Assembly (NCBI GenBank): GCA_002359735.1
Contig: DENS01000018.1
Coordinates: 52,819 to 116,818 of the forward strand
Direction: 5' to 3'
Source of the DNA: Micavibrio sp. UBA2638
Lineage (GTDB): Bacteria > Pseudomonadota > Alphaproteobacteria > Micavibrionales > Micavibrionaceae
DNA: 64,000 bases
Part shown: one piece after another, positions 7,401-17,546 of the stretch
Layout: each line of letters opens with the position of its first letter
Position numbering within the stretch: the first letter of the stretch is position 1
Position numbers and translations under genes: made by a program
The notes under the pieces: model-generated
Told to the model about the DNA's origin: nothing
The model's database searches: none
Seen by the model: only the letters and a program-made list of their open reading frames with translations

Positions 7401-9293
7401 TTAGGCGGTTTTCATGTCTTCTAATTCCAGCCACCGCGTTTCATAGCGGTCCAGTTTTAATTTGGCCTCTTCCAGCGCTTTGACGGCTTCGTGGAAACCA
7501 TCGGCATCGCGGCTGTAGAAATCTGGATCAGCCAATTGATTGTTTAATGCGCTAATTTCCTGTTCGACTTTTTTTATTTTCTCAGGCAGCTTTTTATATT
7601 CATGCTCCAGCTTATAAGTCAGGCGCGTGCGCGTTTTCTTTGCAGGGCCGGGCGCTGTATAGGTGGCTGGTTCATTATTTTGATTATGACTCGTTTTGCT
7701 GTCTGCTTTGTTTGTTTTCTTTTGGGGTTCTGTTTTCTTATGAGTGGGTTTTTGCTCACTCTGGGCTTGTTTTTTAGCCAGATAATCGCTGTAGCCGCCG
7801 ATTTGTATCTCAACTTTTCCATCCCCCTCAAAGGCCATGATTTTGGTTACGGTTTGATCAAGAAAATCACGGTCATGCGAAACCACAATCAAGGTTCCTT
7901 TGTAATTGGATAGAATTTCCTCCAGCATATCCAGCGTGTCCATGTCCAGATCATTGGTGGGTTCATCCAGTATCAGGCAACTTTTGGGGTTGGCCAGAAT
8001 GCGGGCCAACATCAGCCTGTTTTTTTGTCCGCCGGATAATTGGGATACTTTGTCCTGAGCGCGTGACGGATCAAACATAAAGTCTTTTAAATACCCGCAA
8101 ACATGGCGTTCTTTGCCCATAACGTTAATGTAGTCGTTGCCTGTCGGGGAGAGTACTTTTTTCAAGGAATCTGTTGGGTCCAGATCAGAACGTTTTTGAT
8201 CAAAATAAGAAAATTCCAGTTCTTTGCGAACTTTCACCCGCCCTTGATCGGCTTCCAGTTCTCCTATTAGGAGCTTTAAAAATGTTGTTTTCCCGGAACC
8301 ATTTTTCCCAATGATGCCAATACGTTCTCCGCGCTGGATACGGGTGGAGAATTTATTGAGGATGGAAATCGTGCCGCCATCTTCGTTGGTGAAATTTTTA
8401 TGGACGTTATAAAATTCAGCCACGACTTTAGAGTGTTGATCCACTTCTTTCGGGGCTTTAATATTAATCTTTTGCGTGGCCCGGCGATAGGCGGCTTCAT
8501 CGGCCTCAAGCTGGGCGCGCATTTCTTTAACTTGTTCCAGGCGGCGAACATTTCTTTTGACACGTGCTTTAACGCCGCGGCTGGCCCATGCTACCTCAAG
8601 ACCAACGGCTTGTTTGCGGTTTTTTAACTCGCGGGCCTCTTGTTCCAAAAGCTCTTCCGACCATTCTTCGAAATATTTGAAACCCCGGGGGGAGACCCTA
8701 AGGCGCCCTCTATCCAGCCAAAAAACCTGATTGGTGATGTTGGATAGAAAGGTACGGTCGTGCGAGATCACGAGCAGCGTACCACGGTAGCTATTTAAAT
8801 ACCCTTCCAGCCACTCAATAACATCCAGGTCAAGGTGGTTTGTTGGTTCGTCTAATAAAAGTATATCTGGCTCTTCAACAAGTGCGCGTGCCAGTCCCGC
8901 TCGTCGTAGTTGCCCGCCAGATAGCGTGGTCATATAGGCTTTTGGATCAATTTGCAGGGCTTCGGTTACGATATCAACCTTATATGCGTATAGTTCTTTG
9001 TCTTCATCTTTGATTTCTTCAAAGATATAATCAAAGACGCGCACGCCCTCCAGGGGGATGATATCCTGCTTTAGATAGCCGACTGTAAGGCCTGGGGCCT
9101 CCCAGCGGTCACCTTCCATCATATCCTGTGTGCCGGTGATGATGTTCATTAATGTGGTTTTTCCCGCCCCGTTTTTGCCAACCAAAGCAATGCGTGTGCC
9201 TTCATGGACATTGAAAGACAGGTTCTCAAAAACCGGTGTTTCCGTGTAACGGACATGAGCATCTTTGATTTGCAATAGGAGCGGTGGCGGCAT
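7401..9293 (-). CDS. uup: ABC-F family ATPase (Uup-like: two ABC domains plus a C-terminal coiled-coil tail)
   Basis: There are two Walker A motifs (GKNGAGKTT, GKNGSGKTT) and two LSGGQ signatures. A basic linker and a C-terminal coiled coil are present. The ORF is open to 9353, but Met-21 (MPPPLLLQIKDAHV, cat at 9291-9293) fits the family N-terminus better. Confidence 0.85.
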   Translation of the reverse strand: MPPPLLLQIKDAHVRYTETPVFENLSFNVHEGTRIALVGKNGAGKTTLMNIITGTQDMMEGDRWEAPGLTVGYLKQDIIPLEGVRVFDYIFEEIKDEDKELYAYKVDIVTEALQIDPKAYMTTLSGGQLRRAGLARALVEEPDILLLDEPTNHLDLDVIEWLEGYLNSYRGTLLVISHDRTFLSNITNQVFWLDRGRLRVSPRGFKYFEEWSEELLEQEARELKNRKQAVGLEVAWASRGVKARVKRNVRRLEQVKEMRAQLEADEAAYRRATQKINIKAPKEVDQHSKVVAEFYNVHKNFTNEDGGTISILNKFSTRIQRGERIGIIGKNGSGKTTFLKLLIGELEADQGRVKVRKELEFSYFDQKRSDLDPTDSLKKVLSPTGNDYINVMGKERHVCGYLKDFMFDPSRAQDKVSQLSGGQKNRLMLARILANPKSCLILDEPTNDLDMDTLDMLEEILSNYKGTLIVVSHDRDFLDQTVTKIMAFEGDGKVEIQIGGYSDYLAKKQAQSEQKPTHKKTEPQKKTNKADSKTSHNQNNEPATYTAPGPAKKTRTRLTYKLEHEYKKLPEKIKKVEQEISALNNQLADPDFYSRDADGFHEAVKALEEAKLKLDRYETRWLELEDMKTA

Positions 9294-9445
9294 GGCTGTG
9301 TTGTACCGTGTGTGGTGGGGGACTGCAAATATTTTTTTAATTCGGGGGGGCACTCATTTTGCGGGCGGCAGACGAAATCAGCACGTCGCCGCGGCGTATG
9401 CATGGTTTAATAGATGATGCTGTGGCATCACAGTAATAGACGGGC

Positions 9446-9790
9446 TTAAAACAGTTCTTCGTATTCTTTGGGTTTAAATCCAATGAATGTTTGTCCAAGG
9501 CGTAATAATAGCGGGCGTTTGATTACCGAGGGGTTTTCGTGGGCCAGTGCAATCGCGCTATCTTTTGTCATTGTATTTTTGACGTCATCTGGAAGGGCGC
9601 GCCATGTTGTCCCGTTACGGTTTATGACTGTTTCCCAGCCATGTTCTTCTATGGCCTGTTTCAAAACGGCATCATCAATGCCATCTTTTTTATAATTGTG
9701 CAGAGAATAATCAACATGATGATCATCCAGCCATTTCATTGCTTTTTTCATAGTGTCGCAATTTTTAATGCCATACAGTTTTGTAGTCAT
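9446..9790 (-). CDS. ArsC/Spx/MgsR-family protein (YffB-like)
   Basis: 114 aa. LYGIKNCDTMKKAMKWL ... NRNGTTWRAL ... PSVIKRPLL is typical of the family. Confidence 0.85.
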   Translation of the reverse strand: MTTKLYGIKNCDTMKKAMKWLDDHHVDYSLHNYKKDGIDDAVLKQAIEEHGWETVINRNGTTWRALPDDVKNTMTKDSAIALAHENPSVIKRPLLLRLGQTFIGFKPKEYEELF

Positions 9791-9807
9791 AGAAAGGCCC
9801 TAGCTTA

Positions 9808-10992
9808 TTAGACATTTTTCCCCGCCACATTACCCGATGACCAGGCCCATTGAAAGTTGTAACCGCCAAGATGTCCCGTGACATCCACAACTTCCCCAAT
9901 GAAATAAAGGCCCTTATGATCCTTGCATTCCATGGTTTTCGAAGACAGGGCATTTGTATCTACTCCGCCAAGTGTGACCTCGGCCGTGCGGTATCCTTCG
10001 GTCCCTGAGGGTTTTACAAGCCATTTATGAATAGCCGCCGCCAATTCTTTCAACCGGATATCGCTTTGGCCAGCCATGTTGCCGGATAATTTTATCTGAG
10101 TGCATATATCTTCGGCCAGGCGCCGCGGTATAATGGTGGCGGTGATGGTTAGAATATCTTGTTTCGCGTGCGTCTTCTTTTTCTCTTTAAGGATATCGTA
10201 CGCATTTTTTCCATTGGCTAGATTAACCGCAATGGGCTCCCCTTCTGTCCAGTATGAAGATATTTGTAAAATAGACGGTCCGCTCAGGCCGCGATGGGTG
10301 AAAAGTAGCCCTTCGTTGAAATGGGTTTTTTGGAAAGAAACGCAGGCATCAACCGAAATGCCGCTTAAAGATTTGCAGCGATCCAGAATGTCCCCTGAAA
10401 AGGTGAGCGGTACCAGACCAGCCCGCGTTTCAATGATATTTATGCCGAATTGACGGGCTATATCATATCCGAATTTGCTGGCGCCAATTTTGGGAATGGA
10501 CAAGCCGCCCGTTGCAATGACCAGGCTTTGGCATGTAACCTGGCCTTTTGATGTGTTGACGGTGAAGTGCTGATCTCCGGTTTTCTTAATTTCTTCTATA
10601 GATGTTTCCTGATCAATTTTAACGCCGTTGTGTTCACATTCATCCAGTAACAAATCAATAATCTGTTGTGCGCTGTTGTCGCAAAACAGTTGACCTAACT
10701 TTTTTTCGTGAAAAGAGATGCCATGTTTTTTTACCAGTTCAATAAAGTCATATTGTGTGTATTGCTTGAGTGCCGATTTGCAAAAATGTGGGTTTTGCGA
10801 TAGATAATTGTTTGGTGAACAATGTAGATTGGTGAAGTTGCAACGCCCTCCGCCGGAAATTCTGATTTTTTCTCCAATTTTCTTTGCGTGATCAACCAGC
10901 CAAACGGAACGTCCTCGTTCGCCAGCCGTTAGTGCACACATAAGTCCGGCTGCGCCTGCGCCAATAATAATTACATCATAGGAGTATTTCAT
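9808..10992 (-). CDS. NAD(P)/FAD-dependent oxidoreductase, HI0933/BaiN(YhiN)-like
   Basis: 394 aa with the N-terminal dinucleotide fold DVIIIGAGAAGLMCA. SGGGRCNFTN and the C-terminal GEVVDVTGHLGGYNFQWAWSSG are family hallmarks. Confidence 0.85.
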   Translation of the reverse strand: MKYSYDVIIIGAGAAGLMCALTAGERGRSVWLVDHAKKIGEKIRISGGGRCNFTNLHCSPNNYLSQNPHFCKSALKQYTQYDFIELVKKHGISFHEKKLGQLFCDNSAQQIIDLLLDECEHNGVKIDQETSIEEIKKTGDQHFTVNTSKGQVTCQSLVIATGGLSIPKIGASKFGYDIARQFGINIIETRAGLVPLTFSGDILDRCKSLSGISVDACVSFQKTHFNEGLLFTHRGLSGPSILQISSYWTEGEPIAVNLANGKNAYDILKEKKKTHAKQDILTITATIIPRRLAEDICTQIKLSGNMAGQSDIRLKELAAAIHKWLVKPSGTEGYRTAEVTLGGVDTNALSSKTMECKDHKGLYFIGEVVDVTGHLGGYNFQWAWSSGNVAGKNV

Positions 10993-11052
10993 AGTATGAT
11001 GTGATAGCAGAGAAACGTTTTAAAGCCTAATGTAATTCGAATAGAAGTCGTC

Positions 11053-12585
11053 ATGTCAGAAAAAATACAAAATCAAAAATTATTCATTCGTCAGGCCGAA
11101 TTTAAAGACGTGCCACAGATTGTTGCGCTGAGTAAAAAAGTTTATAAAAATGACCCTTTTACGCGCAAGATGATTGCCAGTCATTTAAATACATTCCCGG
11201 AGGGGCAGTTTGTTGCGGTTTTTAATGATAAAGTTGTTGGGCATGCCGCAACCTTTATCGTGGAAGAAAAGCTGGCTTTAAAACCGCATACATACAAAAC
11301 AATCACCGGTAATGGCTATATTACCAAACATAATCCTGACGGAGATTTTCTCTATGGAATGGAAATCTGCGTTGATCCGGATATGCGCGGTCTGCGCATT
11401 GCACAGCGGCTATATAATATGCGGAAAAAATTATGTGTTGATCTGGAATTGAAGGGGATTACCTTCGGCGGCCGCATGATGAATTATTACAAGCATAAGA
11501 AAAAGGGGGTAAGCCCGGAAGAATATCTTGCGGGGGTGCAGAATAAAAAATACCGTGATCCTGCGCTGGGGTTGCAAATTAGAAACGGGTTTGAACCCAT
11601 TCGGGTTTTAAAGAAATATCTAATCGATGATCAGAATTCTTTGGATTATGCCGCGCACATGGTTTGGTATAATGCGATGGCTAAAGACCGTGTGAAGCAG
11701 AGCCATACGGCCAGACGCGGAAGTGTTCGTGTGGCCTCTGTGCAATTTCAGGTGCGGAAGGTTAAATCATTTGATGAGTTTATCGCACAAGTGGAATATT
11801 TTGTTGATATTGCATCGGATTACCGCGCTGATTTTGTTTTGTTCCCGGAGCTATATACGCTTGCGTTACTATCGGCAGAAAAAAAGCGCCTGACGCCGGA
11901 AGAGTCTGTGCGCGCTATCACGCAGTATACAGATCAGTATATAGAGGCCATGAACAAAATGGCCATTTCTTATAATATCAATATTATTGGTGGTTCTCAC
12001 CCGACGATGGTGAAGGATGAGCTGAAAAATATCGCCTATGTATTCCTGCGCGGCGGTGAAGTGCATAAGCAGGAAAAAATTCAGCCAACGCCTAACGAAC
12101 GGTATTGGTGGAATATGGCTGGTAGTGATGATTTAAATGTGATGCAAACCGATTGCGGCCCGATAGGTGTTTTAATCTGTTATGATGCGGAATTCCCTGA
12201 GCTGGCGCGGCACCTTGCTGATCAAGGGGCGTTGATGTTATTTGTGCCGTTTTGTACGGATGAACGTCAGGGGTATTTGCGCGTAAAATACTGTTCGCAG
12301 GCGCGCGCCATTGAAAACCAGTTTTATGTGGTAACCTCTGGTGTGGTTGGTAATTTGCCTGATGTGGAAAATATGGATATTCATTATGGAGCCAGCGATA
12401 TCATAACGCCTTGTGACTTTCCGTTTGCCCGTGATGGCATCGCCGCCAGCGCACCCGTTAACACCGAAACTATTATTTTTGCCGATTTAAATCTGGACGA
12501 TCTTGTCTTAGCTCGTAAGTCAGGCACAGTACAGAATTTCAGGGATCGTCGTTTTGATCTGTATGAAGTGAAATGGCATAAATAA
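11053..12585 (+). CDS. Bifunctional GNAT N-acetyltransferase / carbon-nitrogen hydrolase (nitrilase superfamily) fusion protein
   Basis: 510 aa. The N-terminal GNAT part contains IRQAEFKDVPQIVAL ... RGLRIAQRLY. The C-terminal CN-hydrolase part has a catalytic Glu (FPE), Lys and Cys (VLICYDAEFPE). Confidence 0.85.
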   Translation: MSEKIQNQKLFIRQAEFKDVPQIVALSKKVYKNDPFTRKMIASHLNTFPEGQFVAVFNDKVVGHAATFIVEEKLALKPHTYKTITGNGYITKHNPDGDFLYGMEICVDPDMRGLRIAQRLYNMRKKLCVDLELKGITFGGRMMNYYKHKKKGVSPEEYLAGVQNKKYRDPALGLQIRNGFEPIRVLKKYLIDDQNSLDYAAHMVWYNAMAKDRVKQSHTARRGSVRVASVQFQVRKVKSFDEFIAQVEYFVDIASDYRADFVLFPELYTLALLSAEKKRLTPEESVRAITQYTDQYIEAMNKMAISYNINIIGGSHPTMVKDELKNIAYVFLRGGEVHKQEKIQPTPNERYWWNMAGSDDLNVMQTDCGPIGVLICYDAEFPELARHLADQGALMLFVPFCTDERQGYLRVKYCSQARAIENQFYVVTSGVVGNLPDVENMDIHYGASDIITPCDFPFARDGIAASAPVNTETIIFADLNLDDLVLARKSGTVQNFRDRRFDLYEVKWHK

Positions 12586-12714
12586 TCTTTTGATATTGAT
12601 TTTCCTTAATATATCTTTTACTGTCCTTTTTTACAGAATAGGGATTGCTCTTGATCAAAAATTGTTTTACGGTCTCGGTAATCAATAAAAATATAGAAAT
12701 AGGGAATGTTTGTT

Positions 12715-13824
12715 ATGGGAGAGTCAGCCGATCAGGACGCGTTGCGTTCAGACCATATATCTGAAGATGAATTGAATATTATTGCCGCCGATGTGGATCT
12801 GGCATCAAAAAAGCTAAATAGCGTTCTTGATGAGGTCCGTACCGTCGTTTGGGGGCAGGATGATGTTATTGAGCTGACCCTGACTTGTACGTTGGCTGGA
12901 GGCCATACGCTTTTAGAAGGTTTGCCTGGCCTGGCGAAAACGCGTTTTCTGCAAAATATGGCTCCGATCTTATCCTTGGATTTTAAACGGGTTCAGTTTA
13001 CGCCGGATTTGATGCCGGGCGACATTACCGGCTCTTTAATTCAGGATAAAGACAATGATGGCTTTAAGTTCGTAAAAGGCCCAATTTTTACACAGTTTTT
13101 TATGGCCGATGAGATTAACCGCGCCGGGCCGCGAACGCAGTCGGCCTTGCTGGAGGCTATGGCGGAAAAGAAAGTCAGTGTGGATGGTAAAACGCATTAT
13201 CTGCAAAACCCGTTTCATGTTGTGGCCACACAGAACCCGTTGGAACAAGACGGCACGTATCCCTTACCAGAAGCGCAGCTCGACCGTTTCCTGATGAAAA
13301 TTAATCTGGACTATCCAGATCGTGAATCGGAACGTGATGTTATGCTGAAAACCACAGGAAGTTCTGTGAAAAAATATTTGGCATTAAAAGAGAAGGCGCA
13401 AAATCCAGATGAAGATTTACGTGTTCGAACCGAAGGGGGCAACGATGTACATGTGGAGCAGGTTCTGGATAAATTTGACCTGATACAGATGCAGGAACTG
13501 GCAAAGGTTCTGCCTTTAAGCGAGAGTTTTGTTTCTGCGGTTTTGGATATTGTGCGCCATGCCCGCCCGGATGATCCGAATGCATCTGATTTTGTGAAGA
13601 ATAATGTGGAATGGGGCCCGGGCCCACGGGCAGAGCAGGCATTCGCACAGGCTGCGCGCGCACGCGCATTAATACATGGGCGCTTAAGACCAGATTATGA
13701 TGATATTCGTGCTTTGGCCAAACCTATTTTGGCCCACCGTATGGGCGTGGATTATGCGGCGCGCTCGAATGGAAATACGGAAGAGGTTGTTATCGATCAT
13801 TTGCTGGAACAGCATTTGAGCTAG
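12715..13824 (+). CDS. MoxR-family AAA+ ATPase
   Basis: Walker A-like GLPGLAKT, Walker B FMADEINRA and the MoxR C-terminal helical domain (GPGPRAEQAFAQAARARALIHGR ... ILAHRM) are present. The ORF opens at 12706, but AGGGA at 12701-12705 is better spaced for the ATG at 12715. Confidence 0.9.
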   Translation: MGESADQDALRSDHISEDELNIIAADVDLASKKLNSVLDEVRTVVWGQDDVIELTLTCTLAGGHTLLEGLPGLAKTRFLQNMAPILSLDFKRVQFTPDLMPGDITGSLIQDKDNDGFKFVKGPIFTQFFMADEINRAGPRTQSALLEAMAEKKVSVDGKTHYLQNPFHVVATQNPLEQDGTYPLPEAQLDRFLMKINLDYPDRESERDVMLKTTGSSVKKYLALKEKAQNPDEDLRVRTEGGNDVHVEQVLDKFDLIQMQELAKVLPLSESFVSAVLDIVRHARPDDPNASDFVKNNVEWGPGPRAEQAFAQAARARALIHGRLRPDYDDIRALAKPILAHRMGVDYAARSNGNTEEVVIDHLLEQHLS

Positions 13825-13881
13825 AATAAAGCACCTATAAAATACGTTTTTGTATTATTGTACCGACTTTTTAAAGTTAAA

Positions 13882-13915
13882 ACCCGCGGGGAGTAAAGTC
13901 CTGCGGGTTTTCTTA
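13882..13915 (+). terminator. Putative intrinsic terminator between convergent MoxR and DUF4159 genes
   Basis: acccgcgggg-agtaaagt-cctgcgggt hairpin followed by tttctt. Confidence 0.5.
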
Positions 13916-13968
13916 TGGCTTTTATTGTAGGGCTATGTTTATTTTAATTTGTTCGTCATTATAGGTTT

Positions 13969-14832
13969 TTATCCTTGTTCCGGGACAATGCGCGCGGCTT
14001 CCCTGGCTTCGGCTTCCCGCTGGTATTGACGCTTCATCTTGATGGTCTCTTCATTGACGGGATCGGTTTTGTAATTCCCAGTGAGGGAAAAGGACAGCAT
14101 ATTAAGCCCGGCTCTTATGGCTTTTTCAGACGCTTCCGGGTCGGTCAAAATGGATGACCAGGCGCCGGCCCAGTTATTACTGCCAATAATCACTGAGGTA
14201 GAGCTACGCTCTCCTAAGGCAGGATTGTCGCTCTCGACCCATACGGGGCGATCTTGCACGCCGGGTAATGTGGCGGTTAGATAAAAAGATTGTGTCAACG
14301 CATGACCTTCCTGCAGAATTTCAGGTTTGCTGATTTGTAAATCGTTCAACATTGTCTTTAATGGCTGCGAATTATTAACGCGGTTATCCAGGACATCAAA
14401 CGCAATTTCCCCGCCATTGGCTAAATAACTTTGTACTTTAAGACGTGCCTGCTCTGACAGGCGGGGCGTATCGTCCGTTATCTGAAATAAAATGAAGGGA
14501 AAAAGTGAAAGGTCATCGGTTTCAATGTCGAGGCCGACCACACCTGCGGGTTCAATCGATGTGCGGCGATGACTTTCAACTGCTAATGCGCTTAACCCTC
14601 TCTCGGCCAGTGTATTATTAGAACTGGAAGCGGAGCGAATATAGGCAAGAAAAATGTTATCGGCATACTGCCCGGCATTGGTTTGCATGCGGGAATGGAT
14701 TTGCAGGAATTCTTTTTGTGTCGTCATGGGCTCAACGGCATCATTTTGTAATGTATCGGCCTGACTAGTCTGCAATGGAAAAGCTGCCGCGCTAAAGAGC
14801 ATGAATGCTGCGGTTGCAGATTTCAATTTCAT
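13969..14832 (-). CDS. DUF4159-like exported protein (Bat/MoxR cluster member)
   Basis: 287 aa with a signal peptide (AAFMLFSAAAFPLQTSQA). The core DDLSLFPFILFQITDDTPRLSEQARLKVQSYLANGGEIAFD matches my recollection of the DUF4159 pattern. Confidence 0.7.
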   Translation of the reverse strand: MKLKSATAAFMLFSAAAFPLQTSQADTLQNDAVEPMTTQKEFLQIHSRMQTNAGQYADNIFLAYIRSASSSNNTLAERGLSALAVESHRRTSIEPAGVVGLDIETDDLSLFPFILFQITDDTPRLSEQARLKVQSYLANGGEIAFDVLDNRVNNSQPLKTMLNDLQISKPEILQEGHALTQSFYLTATLPGVQDRPVWVESDNPALGERSSTSVIIGSNNWAGAWSSILTDPEASEKAIRAGLNMLSFSLTGNYKTDPVNEETIKMKRQYQREAEAREAARIVPEQG

Positions 14833-14977
14833 GATATGGTCCCTGTTTAATTATTTTTATGCTTTGTCTTAGCACAAGGATTGTCTTAATGGCAATATTT
14901 CGTAAAAAAATTATAAAAAATATTGACGTTTGGAGCGAAAATCGTTAGCCATAAGATATAACAGGGAAATAAAAATT

Positions 14978-17338
14978 ATGTCTCATAAAAGAGCATTAAA
15001 ATCGGAGTTGGCCGGTGCCGCTCTCGCAATTGGCGTGTTATCCGCCGCCCCATCATTCGCCGATGAACCGTCTTCAGAAGCCGTTGCGGATTCGAACCGG
15101 CAGGTCATGAGTGAACAGGATGGCGGCTCCTTCAATGTTGTGCAAAACATTGATCCGTATAATCCGATTGTTCCTGATGGGGTTCTTTGGGGCTTGGCCG
15201 GACTTATCGCGTTAAGCGGCGCTTACCGCATTGCCAAAAAGAAAGACGGAGCTTTATCGCGTACATTGGCCATGGCTACCGGTGCTGCAGTTTTAATGCA
15301 GCCCGAAATAATCGCCGAGAAGCGTTTGGTCGAACCGACTGAATTTCTGATTTTTGTTGATAAGAGTGAATCGCAGGAGCTTGATGGGCGCGAAGAGTTA
15401 ACGCATCAGGCCTATGCTGCTTTGGAAAGTAAGCTCCAGGCGTTGGATTATCCTGTTCATATCAGGGCTATTGAGTTTGGCGGGGATGCGGAAGATAAAC
15501 CTCAGGATGGAACATCATTAAGTCAGGTCATGAAATCCAACCTTGATGCTTTGCCTGACGGCCGTTTGGGCGCTGCGTTTGTGCTGAGTGATGGAAGGAT
15601 TCAGGATATCGACGCCGCGTTAGACATACAGGGCATTGATGCCCCGGTTCATGCGTTAATTACCGGGCGTGATGATGAAGTTGACTTTGCGCTGCAGATT
15701 GAGGCTATTCCGCGTTTTGGTTTGATTGAGGACGAAAGCGCGCAGATGGCTATACGTGTTCACAGTGAGGGTGTTCAACAGCATGATGATCTTAGCTTTG
15801 TCGTGACGGTCGCTAATAACGGGGAATATGTTACGCAATATGCGATGCCTGCCAATCAAACCATGAACGTAAAATTACCACAGATTTATACTGGTAAGAA
15901 TAATATCGAATTGGAAATATCGCGCATTCATAAAACAGGTAACGGGGAGCCCTATAGCGCGGTGGAAGTAACGCAGGATAATAATAAAATATCAGCCACC
16001 GTGCAGGGAATTGAAGATAATACCAAGGTTCTTTTGCTTTCTGGAGACCCGTATCAGGGGACAGCTCAGTGGCGTGATGTCTTAAGCCGTGATGCTGCGA
16101 TTGATTTTTCACATTTTGCTTATATGCGTCCGGCTCATAAAGAAGATGCAACGCCTTTACGCGATTTGGCGACCATTGCTTTTCCTGTTCACGAAGTTCT
16201 GAACGAACGCATTGACGAATATGATGTGATTGTTTTTGATGCACGAAGTTACAGCGGGGAAATTCCTTTTGCCTATTTGGATAAAATAAAGGATTTCGTC
16301 AATGATGGCGGGGGCTTGATCATGGTCGGCGCGGATGATCTGGTCGCAGAAAATAGCCTGACCCGGACGTCACTGGGTGAGATATTGCCGATTGTGCCTA
16401 CCAATCAGGTGATTAAACGCGAATACATACCGCAGATTAGTGATGTTGGGGTGCGTCATCCTTTGGGGAGGGCTTTGGGACAGGCTCATGGTGATCCGTC
16501 TGAATGGGGGCCATGGCATAATATAGCCAATATTACGGCCCGTGCAAATGGGCAGGTTTTATTAACAGATCAGATGCACCATCCCTTGTTAACCATTGCT
16601 AAACAGGAAGAAGGCCGCGTTGCGGTCCTGGCCTCCGATCAGGGGTGGCTATGGGCGAGTGGATATAAAGGTGGCGGCCCTGCGTTTGAGCTGGAACGAA
16701 ATTTAGTGTTATGGGCCAGCGGTCATGAAGGTTTTGATGATGAAAATGTCATGATCCGTCATGAAGGTGAGCAGCTGATAATTGATTTGCAAACAATGGG
16801 CGATCAAAGTGAAGAGCTTATTCTGACCGCGCCATCTGGTGCGACAATAAAAACAACGCCGGAAGAATTTGCGCCTGGGTTACGCCGGGCTTTTGTGCCT
16901 GCGGCCGAAGTTGGTGTCTATAAAATTGAACGTACGGGCACATATGCTGATCATGCTTTTGCCGAGGTCGGTTTTGCCGACCGGCTGGAAATGATCGGTG
17001 TCGTATCGGAAACGCAGTATATAGAGCCGTTTACACGTAAAAATAACGGGATTACCGCACGTATGATGAATGGTGGTGGGGATATATCGATACCCGACTT
17101 ACAAGTGGTAGAAAATTCGCAAACCACATCACCAGAGTATATGGCCGTGAAGAAAAGCAATGTAACAGCCCTTCAAGGAACAGAGCGCCGCCCCCTTATT
17201 CCAGATTGGTTGGCGCTGGCGTTGAGTTTGGGTTTGTTTGCCTATGGTTTAAAAAGTGAAGGGGGAAAGTCCTGGAAAAAATCGTTATTCGGGTCGAAAC
17301 GCAACACGAACTCAGAGCCTCCGGCTCCGGGGCTATAA
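14978..17338 (+). CDS. Large exported/membrane-anchored Bat-cluster protein with a glutamine-amidotransferase-like (non-catalytic) module
   Basis: The ORF is open from 14930. The ATG at 14978 is preceded by AGGGA and gives a signal peptide (LAGAALAIGVLSAAPSFA). A GATase1-like segment (EYDVIVFDARSYSGEIPFAYLDKIKDFVNDGGGLIMVGAD) and a C-terminal TM (LIPDWLALALSLGLFAYGL) are present. Confidence 0.6.
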   Translation: MSHKRALKSELAGAALAIGVLSAAPSFADEPSSEAVADSNRQVMSEQDGGSFNVVQNIDPYNPIVPDGVLWGLAGLIALSGAYRIAKKKDGALSRTLAMATGAAVLMQPEIIAEKRLVEPTEFLIFVDKSESQELDGREELTHQAYAALESKLQALDYPVHIRAIEFGGDAEDKPQDGTSLSQVMKSNLDALPDGRLGAAFVLSDGRIQDIDAALDIQGIDAPVHALITGRDDEVDFALQIEAIPRFGLIEDESAQMAIRVHSEGVQQHDDLSFVVTVANNGEYVTQYAMPANQTMNVKLPQIYTGKNNIELEISRIHKTGNGEPYSAVEVTQDNNKISATVQGIEDNTKVLLLSGDPYQGTAQWRDVLSRDAAIDFSHFAYMRPAHKEDATPLRDLATIAFPVHEVLNERIDEYDVIVFDARSYSGEIPFAYLDKIKDFVNDGGGLIMVGADDLVAENSLTRTSLGEILPIVPTNQVIKREYIPQISDVGVRHPLGRALGQAHGDPSEWGPWHNIANITARANGQVLLTDQMHHPLLTIAKQEEGRVAVLASDQGWLWASGYKGGGPAFELERNLVLWASGHEGFDDENVMIRHEGEQLIIDLQTMGDQSEELILTAPSGATIKTTPEEFAPGLRRAFVPAAEVGVYKIERTGTYADHAFAEVGFADRLEMIGVVSETQYIEPFTRKNNGITARMMNGGGDISIPDLQVVENSQTTSPEYMAVKKSNVTALQGTERRPLIPDWLALALSLGLFAYGLKSEGGKSWKKSLFGSKRNTNSEPPAPGL

Positions 17339-17546
17339 GCAAGGAATGATTGGGAGATAGGTCATTAAAAAGTTAGACGGGATATATAATTTTGCAGCGG
17401 CTAGTGTTTTGTCGGCCTCTTTGTTGTCACCTTTATCAGTGGCGGCGCAGGACACCGGTTTGCAAGAACCTGGTCATGATGGCGGAGCTGTGCCTGTCTC
17501 TATGCTGGATCAGGATGACCTATTTGATCAGACTTTTTTCGAGAAA

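Noticed and set aside
17409-17546. TTG-initiated N-terminal extension of the BatA_N protein
   Set aside because: The BatA_N domain normally sits at the extreme N-terminus, and the extension is acidic and not membrane-like. The start remains uncertain, so this is flagged rather than firmly excluded.
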